IMG/VR virus record: IMGVR_UViG_3300009184_000047
Coordinates: 1-63,169 of that record
DNA from: a virus
Lineage: Duplodnaviria > Caudoviricetes
Direction: 5' to 3' (one strand)
Length of the DNA: 63,169 nt
Positions 55,869-63,169 of this stretch are shown in pieces (positions within the stretch are counted from its first letter, which is position 1; every line of letters starts with the position of its first letter). Both the position numbers and the translations under genes were made by a program. The notes beneath the pieces were generated by a model that worked only from the letters and a program-made list of their open reading frames with translations, ran no database searches and was not told the origin of the DNA.

Positions 55869-56002
55869 TTTATGAACGTATAGACATTGACTATATCTAT
55901 GACCATCTCCTATGGGCTTATGTCTTCCTTATCTATATGATTACTTCTATTATGGCCATATACAGAATATGGACTGAACTTTGTCACAAGGGGGCAAAAT
56001 GA
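55865..56002 (+). CDS. 45-aa membrane peptide
   Basis: ATGA overlaps at both ends; hydrophobic core. Confidence 0.4.
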   Translation: MIYERIDIDYIYDHLLWAYVFLIYMITSIMAIYRIWTELCHKGAK

Positions 56003-56087
56003 GAAACAGTGAACTATTTGGATTGCTTTTGATGTTGATTGTCTTAATTGCCCTTATGTACGACTTACATGTCCTGGGTCAAGCTAT

Positions 56088-56249
56088 ATGAAAAAATATA
56101 AATATGAACTTGATGACGGCCAACTTACAGATGAGCAATATGCAAAGATAAAACAATTGGCTGAATACGAGCTGGATAAGTCTACAGGCGAGGTGGTTAA
56201 GAAGTATGTAGACATTTTACATAACGATGGATTTAAAAAGAACAAATGA
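56088..56249 (+). CDS. 53-aa hypothetical protein
   Basis: MKKYKYELDDG...; ATGA overlaps. Confidence 0.45.
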   Translation: MKKYKYELDDGQLTDEQYAKIKQLAEYELDKSTGEVVKKYVDILHNDGFKKNK

Positions 56250-56470
56250 CCCCAGCACAAAAACAAATATTCATTATTGTAGATGAGTTCTGGAAAAGAT
56301 ACGGCTTTGGACCTACAGTGGATGACGTGGTGCGTCTAACGGGCGCAAAAGGTAGAGGTAATATTGCCCGTAAGATGCATATCCTAATCGAACTTGGGGT
56401 TTGCAAAGGGGTCAAGGGGCGGGCAAGATCAATCAGGCCAGCTGGATTAAAGGTACGTGATCTTGAGTGA
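56246..56470 (+). CDS. LexA-type winged-HTH DNA-binding protein
   Basis: MTPAQKQI...GFGPTVDDV...ARSI resembles the LexA N-domain. Confidence 0.75.
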   Translation: MTPAQKQIFIIVDEFWKRYGFGPTVDDVVRLTGAKGRGNIARKMHILIELGVCKGVKGRARSIRPAGLKVRDLE

Positions 56471-57956
56471 TAAAGTCATAGAGCTAATGAATATGCTATC
56501 GTCTGAAGAACAGGCTATGGTATTAGAGCAAGTCCGTGAATATGACAATGCATTGCTTCGTGAAGAAGGTGTAGAAGACTTCATGAAGTTTGTAACCACA
56601 ATGTGGCCAGGATTTATCCATGGTCGTCACCATGCTGTGATGGCTAAAAAGTTTGAGGACATAGCTAATGGAAAAATTAAACGTCTTATTATTAACATGC
56701 CTCCTCGTCATACTAAGTCTGAGTTTGCATCTTATTTACTTCCTGCTTGGTTCTTAGGACGTTTTCCTGGCAAAAAAATTATTCAATGCTCAAATACAGC
56801 AGAATTAGCAGTTGGGTTTGGACGAAAGGTCAGAAATCTGGTAGACTCTGAAGTCTATGGTAAAATATTTCCAAATGTTGCCCTTCGTTCTGACTCTAAA
56901 GCTGCTGGCCGCTGGTCTACTAATGCTAATGGTGAGTATTTTGCTATCGGTGTTGGTGGTACTGTCACTGGTAAAGGAGCAGATCTTCTCATCATTGATG
57001 ACCCGCATTCGGAACAAGAAGCGGCATTAGCTGCTGGAGATCAATCCGTATACGATAAGGTCTTTGAGTGGTATACCTCTGGTCCTCGTCAACGTCTTCA
57101 ACCAGGAGGTTCTATTGTAGTCGTTATGACTCGTTGGGCCAAGCGAGATCTGACTGGTAAAATTGTTCAAGGTATGATGGATCGTGATGGAGATGAATGG
57201 GAAATCATTGAACTTCCAGCAATCCTACCTTCTGAAAAACCTTTATGGCCAGAGTTCTGGTCTTATGAAGAACTAGATAAACTACGCATTGAATTGCCGT
57301 TAAGTAAATGGCAAGCTCAGTATCAACAAAACCCTACCTCTGAAGAAGGTGCGCTTGTCAAACGTGAGTGGTGGCAAGTATGGGAAAAAGACATACCACC
57401 AAGATGTGAATTTATTATTCAAAGCTGGGACACAGCCTTTACCAAATCTGAACGTGCAGATTATTCTGCATGTACAACATGGGGTGTTTTCTATAAAGAT
57501 GAAAATGAAAACGATCCGCATATTATTTTGCTTGACGCATTAAAAGAACGCATGGAGTTTCCAGAGTTGAAACAAAGAGCTTTGGAATACTACCAAGAAT
57601 GGCAACCCGATGCATTCATCGTGGAAGCTAAAGCATCAGGTGCGCCTTTAATTTTTGAACTAAGACGGATGGGAATCCCAGTTCAAGAATTTACGCCAAC
57701 TCGTGGTAACGATAAGATATCACGGGTCAACTCAGTGAGCGATTTATTCGCATCGGGTAAGGTGTGGGCGCCAAGAAAACGTTGGGCAGAAGAAGTCATA
57801 GAAGAAATGGCAGCATTTCCTAATTCAGACCATGATGACTTGGTTGACTCAAGCACTCAAGCACTTATTAGATTTAGACGTGGAGGCTTTGTAACCCTGC
57901 CTTCAGACGAGCCAGATGAGCCACGTGAGTTCCGCAGAAAGGTGGCTTATTATTAA
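56457..57956 (+). CDS. terL: Terminase large subunit
   Basis: MPPRHTKS Walker A, LLIIDDP Walker B, SWDTA and HDDLVD nuclease motifs. Confidence 0.93.
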   Translation: MILSDKVIELMNMLSSEEQAMVLEQVREYDNALLREEGVEDFMKFVTTMWPGFIHGRHHAVMAKKFEDIANGKIKRLIINMPPRHTKSEFASYLLPAWFLGRFPGKKIIQCSNTAELAVGFGRKVRNLVDSEVYGKIFPNVALRSDSKAAGRWSTNANGEYFAIGVGGTVTGKGADLLIIDDPHSEQEAALAAGDQSVYDKVFEWYTSGPRQRLQPGGSIVVVMTRWAKRDLTGKIVQGMMDRDGDEWEIIELPAILPSEKPLWPEFWSYEELDKLRIELPLSKWQAQYQQNPTSEEGALVKREWWQVWEKDIPPRCEFIIQSWDTAFTKSERADYSACTTWGVFYKDENENDPHIILLDALKERMEFPELKQRALEYYQEWQPDAFIVEAKASGAPLIFELRRMGIPVQEFTPTRGNDKISRVNSVSDLFASGKVWAPRKRWAEEVIEEMAAFPNSDHDDLVDSSTQALIRFRRGGFVTLPSDEPDEPREFRRKVAYY

Positions 57957-57997
57957 TAAAAAGGTTAAAATATTGTATCTACCATTAAAGGATTATT

Positions 57998-60493
57998 ATG
58001 TCAATTGATAAAGCCCTCTACGAAGCTCCTCAAGGTCTATCAGGTATAGACTCCCAGCAACCAGATATGGAAATAGAAATTGTAAATCCAGATGCCGTTC
58101 ATATGAATATAGACGGTTTGGAAATCAATTTAGGTCCAGAAGAAAAAGATAAAGAAGACTTTGCCGATAACTTATCTGAATACATGGATGAAGGCGAGTT
58201 AACAGAACTTGCTGGTGACTTAATAGGCGATTTTGATGCAGACGTTGATTCAAGACGTGATTGGATTCAAACTTATGTAGATGGATTAGATTTACTAGGG
58301 CTTAAGATTGACGAAAGATCAGAGCCATGGGATGGCGCTTGTGGCGTTTATCATCCTATTCTAGCTGAAGCTGTAACCAAATTCCAATCAGAAACAATCA
58401 TGGATACATTCCCAGCATCAGGCCCAGTTAAGGGTGAGATTGTGGGTAAAGAAACTCAAGAGAAAAAAGATGCCATGGGCCGTGTGGTAGCGGACATGAA
58501 CTTTGAATTGACAGATGCAATGCCAGAGTATAGACCTGAACATGAAAGAATGTTATGGGGCGTAGCTTTATCAGGTAATGGATTTAAAAAGGTTTATGTA
58601 GATGCAGCGTTAGATCGTCAAGTATCTATGTATGTACCAGCAGAAGATTTAGTCATGCCTTATGGCGCATCAAGTCTTGAACAATCTGAGCGTGTAACTC
58701 ATGTCATGCGTAAGACAGAAAATGAATTAAAACGTTTACAATTGGCTGGATTTTATCGTGATGTAGAAATTGGTGAACCACAAAGTAACTTAGATGAAGT
58801 TGAAAAGAAAATTGCAGAGAAGTTAGGCTTCCGTGCAACAACTGATGATCGTTATAAAATTTTAGAAATGCATGTTGACTTGGATCTTCCAGGTTTTGAA
58901 CATACAGATAAAAAAGGTAAGGCTACTGGACTAGCGCTTCCATATGTAGTTACCATTGAAAAGAATACAAGTACGATCCTAGCTATTAGACGTAACTGGG
59001 AGCCTGATGATGATACGCATCAAAAGCGTCAACACTTTGTACATTACACATACATACCAGGTTTTGGTATTTATGCATTTGGTCTTATCCATCTAATAGG
59101 CGGTTTTGCTAAATCTGGAACATCCATACTTAGACAATTAGTAGACGCTGGATCACTGGCAAACCTACCTGGTGGATTTAAAACTCGTGGCCTTAGAGTT
59201 AAGGGTGATGATACACCAATTGCTCCAGGTGAGTTTAGAGACGTAGATGTACCTTCTGGCACGATGAAAGACAATATCATGCCGTTGCCGTACAAAGAAC
59301 CATCACAAACGCTTATCCAATTACTTAATCAAATTATTGATGAAGGTAGACGTTTTGCTGCAGCTGGAGACTTAAAAGTTTCTGATATGTCAGCTAACAG
59401 CCCTGTAGGCACTACATTAGCTATTCTTGAGCGTACATTAAAAGTGATGTCAGCTATTCAAGCTCGTATTCACTTTGCAATGAAGAAAGAGTTTAGACTA
59501 CTTAAGAAGATTATTTCTGAGTATGCACCACAAGATTACTCATATGAGCCTTCTACAGGTAATCGCAAAGCACGTAAATCTGATTATTCATTAGTTAATA
59601 TCATTCCAGTATCAGATCCTAATGCAGCTACGATGTCACAAAAGGTAGTTCAATACCAAGCTGTATTACAGTTATCACAAACAGCACCACAGCTTTATAA
59701 CTTACCTTACTTACATAGACAAATGCTAGAAGCTTTAGGTATTAAAAATGCAGATAAGTTAGTAGCTATTCCAGAAGATATGACGCCAGTGAATGCTGTA
59801 TCTGAAAACGTACAGGCTTTATCAGGTAAACCATTAAAAGCATTTATTTTCCAAGACCATAAGTCACATATTCAGATCCATATGGCTATGATGAATGATC
59901 CAAAAGTAAAACAACTTATTGGTCAAAATCCACAAGCTCCAGTCATTGCTGCTGCATTACAAGCACATATTACAGAACATGTAGGCATGGAATACCAACG
60001 TCAATTAGAACAAATGGCTGGTATATCTATTCCTTCGCTTGATAATGAAGACAAGAGAATGTCACCAGAAATGGAAATGCAAATTACTCAAATGGCAGTT
60101 CCTTTTGCTCAACAACTTCTTAATCAAAATCAAACTGAAATTGCAGCTCAACAAGCACAGCAAGCAGCTCAAGATCCAATTATTCAAATGCAATTACAAG
60201 AGCTTCAATTGAAGGCTAAAGAAGTTGATATGAAGATGAAGAAACTACAAATTGATGCAGCTTCTAAGGCAGATCAACTTGAGATTGAAAAACAAAGATT
60301 AGCTACACAAGAAAAAATTGCTGGCATGCAAGTAGGTGCTAAGATTCAATCTGAAAAAGCTCATCTAGCTTCTAAAGAAAGATTGGAAGGTATGAAGATT
60401 GGCAATGACATTGGTAAGGCTAAAGCTCAAATGTCTTTACAAGAAAGACAAATACAAAACAAACAACAACCTTCAAACAAGGAAACTAAATGA
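57998..60493 (+). CDS. Portal protein
   Basis: 831 aa directly after terL, with a long Gln-rich C-terminal coiled coil (P22-like barrel). Confidence 0.85.
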   Translation: MSIDKALYEAPQGLSGIDSQQPDMEIEIVNPDAVHMNIDGLEINLGPEEKDKEDFADNLSEYMDEGELTELAGDLIGDFDADVDSRRDWIQTYVDGLDLLGLKIDERSEPWDGACGVYHPILAEAVTKFQSETIMDTFPASGPVKGEIVGKETQEKKDAMGRVVADMNFELTDAMPEYRPEHERMLWGVALSGNGFKKVYVDAALDRQVSMYVPAEDLVMPYGASSLEQSERVTHVMRKTENELKRLQLAGFYRDVEIGEPQSNLDEVEKKIAEKLGFRATTDDRYKILEMHVDLDLPGFEHTDKKGKATGLALPYVVTIEKNTSTILAIRRNWEPDDDTHQKRQHFVHYTYIPGFGIYAFGLIHLIGGFAKSGTSILRQLVDAGSLANLPGGFKTRGLRVKGDDTPIAPGEFRDVDVPSGTMKDNIMPLPYKEPSQTLIQLLNQIIDEGRRFAAAGDLKVSDMSANSPVGTTLAILERTLKVMSAIQARIHFAMKKEFRLLKKIISEYAPQDYSYEPSTGNRKARKSDYSLVNIIPVSDPNAATMSQKVVQYQAVLQLSQTAPQLYNLPYLHRQMLEALGIKNADKLVAIPEDMTPVNAVSENVQALSGKPLKAFIFQDHKSHIQIHMAMMNDPKVKQLIGQNPQAPVIAAALQAHITEHVGMEYQRQLEQMAGISIPSLDNEDKRMSPEMEMQITQMAVPFAQQLLNQNQTEIAAQQAQQAAQDPIIQMQLQELQLKAKEVDMKMKKLQIDAASKADQLEIEKQRLATQEKIAGMQVGAKIQSEKAHLASKERLEGMKIGNDIGKAKAQMSLQERQIQNKQQPSNKETK

Positions 60494-60678
60494 GTGAATT
60501 AGATGCAGTAGTAAATGAAATTAATGCTCAAGTAGCAAATCTACAAGAACATTTAGGTACAGGCGCAGCCAAAGACTTCGCTGAATACCAAAATATGTGC
60601 GGAAAGATATCAGGTCTTCTATCCGTATATCGTTATATCAAGGACCTAAAACAACACATGGAGAACTCAGATGAGTGA
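60490..60678 (+). CDS. Small portal-adjacent protein
   Basis: Y...CG.I.GL motif; coupled. Confidence 0.65.
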   Translation: MSELDAVVNEINAQVANLQEHLGTGAAKDFAEYQNMCGKISGLLSVYRYIKDLKQHMENSDE

Positions 60679-61081
60679 AATACTAATCGGCTCAAACACC
60701 GATGATGTAAACCAGGCAACAACACTTCCCCAAACGGATGAAGAAAAAGCAAAGCAACTCCCAGAAGTATCAGGCTATCGTATTTTATGTGCGATACCAG
60801 AAGCAGAAAAAGAGTTTGAAAGTGGATTAGTTAAATCCGATCAAACAATGAGAAATGAAGAACTTTTATCTACAGTATTTTTTGTAGTTAAAATGGGTCC
60901 AGACTGTTACAAGGATGAAAAAAGATTTCCTTCAGGTCCTTGGTGTAAGGTTGGAGACTTCATATTAGCCCGCCCTAATTCAGGCACTCGCTTGAAAATT
61001 CACAATAGGGAATTCCGAATAATCAATGATGATAGTGTCGAAGGTATCGTAGAAGATCCTCGTGGCATTAGTCGCATTTAA
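60671..61081 (+). CDS. GroES/Cpn10-like co-chaperonin
   Basis: GYRIL...ESGLV...VVKMGPD...KVGD...RIINDDSV. Confidence 0.8.
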   Translation: MSEILIGSNTDDVNQATTLPQTDEEKAKQLPEVSGYRILCAIPEAEKEFESGLVKSDQTMRNEELLSTVFFVVKMGPDCYKDEKRFPSGPWCKVGDFILARPNSGTRLKIHNREFRIINDDSVEGIVEDPRGISRI

Positions 61082-61092
61082 GGAGAATATAA

Positions 61093-62055
61093 ATGGCTGA
61101 TAATGATTTTAAATTTCCAGACGAAATGGAAGAACCAGAAAAAAAGGTAAATGCTGAAGAAAATGAGATTGAAATTGAGGTGATTGATGATCGCCCTGAA
61201 GAAGATCAAAGAAATTCAACACCATTACCTAAAGAAATTGTAGAAGAAGTTGAAAATGACGACTTGGAAGAATATTCTAAGGAAGCTAAACAACGTTTAC
61301 TACAAATGAAGAAGCTTATTAATGATGAACGTAGAGAAAAAGAACAAGCTTTACGTGAACAACAAGAAGCTATCCGTGTAGCACAGACAATATTAGAAGA
61401 AAACAAGAAGCTAAAGGATGATTTAACCTCTGGCGAAAAGGTTTTAGTCGATAATGTTAAAGTTTCTGCTGCACGAGACCTTGAAGTAGCTAAAAAAGCT
61501 TACAAAGAGGCTTACGATTCAGGTGATTCTGAATTATTGGTAAATGCTCAGGAGCAATTAACTGAAGCAAAGCTTAAAATGAACCAGTATGACAATTATA
61601 AGTACCAATATGATGAAGAATCTTTCAAAAATCAAGAAAATGCTGTAAAATCACAGTTACAACAGTCACAACCTGCTCGTTTGGATTCAAAAACCCAAGC
61701 ATGGCTAGACAAAAATAGCTGGTATGGTACAGATGACGACATGAGTTTCCTTGCAATGGGTATTCATAGAAGGCTAGAACGTGATGGAGTCCCAATTGGC
61801 TCTGATCACTACTGGAGTTCAATAGATACCGAGATGCATAAACGATTTCCAGAGAAATTTGCTGGTGAATCAACTGCTGAAACCAAAGATTCAGTCAGAC
61901 AAAAATCCTCAACGGTCGTAGCGCCTGCTACTCGTTCTACATCCCCAAAAAAGATTAGATTGACGCAGACACAATTAGCTTTGGCTAAGAAGTTTAAACT
62001 TTCTCCAGAGCAATATGCTATGGAATTAACTAAATTGGAGTCCCAAAATGGCTGA
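61093..62055 (+). CDS. Putative scaffolding protein
   Basis: Acidic N-terminus, coiled coil, basic C-terminus; lies between portal and capsid genes. Confidence 0.7.
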   Translation: MADNDFKFPDEMEEPEKKVNAEENEIEIEVIDDRPEEDQRNSTPLPKEIVEEVENDDLEEYSKEAKQRLLQMKKLINDERREKEQALREQQEAIRVAQTILEENKKLKDDLTSGEKVLVDNVKVSAARDLEVAKKAYKEAYDSGDSELLVNAQEQLTEAKLKMNQYDNYKYQYDEESFKNQENAVKSQLQQSQPARLDSKTQAWLDKNSWYGTDDDMSFLAMGIHRRLERDGVPIGSDHYWSSIDTEMHKRFPEKFAGESTAETKDSVRQKSSTVVAPATRSTSPKKIRLTQTQLALAKKFKLSPEQYAMELTKLESQNG

Positions 62056-62494
62056 AAATAGAATTCCCCGTGAAGTAGATACCCGTCAACAGGAAGAACG
62101 CCCTAAACAGTGGCAAGCTCCTGAGTTGTTACCAGAACCTGATAAAGAGCCTGGTTACAAATATAGATGGATTAGAGTTTCAATGCTGGACTCACCAGAC
62201 CCACGCAATCTTAGTGCTAAACTTAGAGAAGGCTGGGAACCTGTAAGAGCAGAAGAGCAACCTAAGTTTCAACTGTTAGCTGATCCCAATAGTCGTTATA
62301 AAGACAACATTGAGATTGGCGGATTATTACTTTGCAAGACACCTGTTGAATTGGTCGAGCAAAGAACAGCATATTACGATAAACAAACGCAATCGCAAAC
62401 TGATGCTGTAGATAATAATCTTATGCGTCAAAATGACCCTAGAATGCCTCTTTTTAATGAGAAGAAATCTAGCACTAGTTTTGGCAAAGGTTAA
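62048..62494 (+). CDS. Conserved head-module protein
   Basis: YRWIR...EGWEPV...GGLLLCK. Confidence 0.65.
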   Translation: MAENRIPREVDTRQQEERPKQWQAPELLPEPDKEPGYKYRWIRVSMLDSPDPRNLSAKLREGWEPVRAEEQPKFQLLADPNSRYKDNIEIGGLLLCKTPVELVEQRTAYYDKQTQSQTDAVDNNLMRQNDPRMPLFNEKKSSTSFGKG

Positions 62495-62517
62495 TTTATT
62501 AATATTAGGAGATTTTT

Positions 62518-63141
62518 ATGGCTTATCCAACCGTAAGTACTCCGTACGGTTTTAAACCGATTAATCGTGTAGACGGCATTGCATATGCTGGCGCAACATT
62601 ACAATTACCTATTTCAGGTTCTTATAATACTGCAATCTATAACGGTGCATCAGTTAAACTCGTAGCGGGTGGTACAATTGAATTATCAGGCGCAACTACT
62701 ACAGGCACTATTATTGGTGTTTTCATGGGTGTGCAATATGTTAATTCATCAGGTCAAACAGTTCAAGCTCAATACTATCCAGGTACTAGCGTTACTAATG
62801 CTATTGCTTATGTAGTGGTTGATCCAATGGCTGAATTCAAAGTAGCAGTAACAACATCTGGTACAGCTGGCACAGTAACTTATGCTAATGCAACTATCTT
62901 AGGTACTAACGTAGCTGAGATTCAAAACGGCACAGGTTCTACAACAACAGGCGATTCACAAGCATCTATTGTTAAACCTGCTAACGGTGCTGGTGATACA
63001 ACTACACTCCCATGGAGAGTTGTTGGTTTAGTTCCAGATACTGCATACTACTTTTCAACTACATTAGTTTATCCTGAAGTAATTGTGAAGATTAACAACC
63101 CACAGTTGACTGCCCTTACAGGCACAACTTACACAGCTTAA
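62518..63141 (+). CDS. Putative capsid decoration / minor head protein
   Basis: PYGFKP...IGVFMG...VKIN; beta-rich; precedes the capsid start. Confidence 0.6.
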   Translation: MAYPTVSTPYGFKPINRVDGIAYAGATLQLPISGSYNTAIYNGASVKLVAGGTIELSGATTTGTIIGVFMGVQYVNSSGQTVQAQYYPGTSVTNAIAYVVVDPMAEFKVAVTTSGTAGTVTYANATILGTNVAEIQNGTGSTTTGDSQASIVKPANGAGDTTTLPWRVVGLVPDTAYYFSTTLVYPEVIVKINNPQLTALTGTTYTA

Positions 63142-63156
63142 CTAGGAGAATAAAAC

Positions 63157-63169
63157 ATGGCTATTTCAC
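63157..63169 (+). CDS. 5' fragment of probable major capsid protein
   Basis: AGGAG RBS then MAIS...; only 4 codons visible. Call rests on position and on no capsid gene being seen elsewhere. Confidence 0.45.

Noticed and set aside
56246-56470. LexA-like protein as a lysogeny repressor
   Set aside because: It has only the DNA-binding domain with no peptidase domain, lies in the packaging operon, and no integrase is seen; lifestyle cannot be called temperate from this.
1-63169. tRNA genes, introns/inteins, alternative genetic code
   Set aside because: No cloverleaf with a T-loop consensus noticed by eye; terL, helicase and portal are uninterrupted and of normal length; genes read through under the standard code.

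Overview
This window is most of a circularly permuted tailed dsDNA phage genome with podovirus-like organisation. It is cut at the start of the probable major capsid gene (right edge) and inside a structural gene (left edge). Gene order: small head-associated proteins, neck and tail, fibres including five tandem Gly-rich paralogs, lysis, ejection proteins with a 2738-aa polyvalent protein, recombination and auxiliary genes, helicase-primase, a leftward early operon, then terminase, portal, GroES-like protein and scaffold. I saw no integrase, DNA polymerase, tRNA or CRISPR array. A 23-aa PqqA gene missed by the ORF track (43076-43147, minus strand) points to a Methylophilaceae host. The most interesting unexplained elements are: (i) a ~115-nt promoter/terminator-bounded RNA with C/U-rich loops complementary to ribosome-binding sites of the phage's own early genes; (ii) an adjacent ~330-nt structured non-coding region; (iii) a pqqA plus 2OG-Fe(II) oxygenase cassette; (iv) a beta-clamp-like domain inside the giant virion protein; (v) a repeated hairpin family in the early operon; (vi) a GATC cluster in terS at a sharp boundary in palindrome usage. 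All family calls come from motif recognition by eye; no database searches were run.
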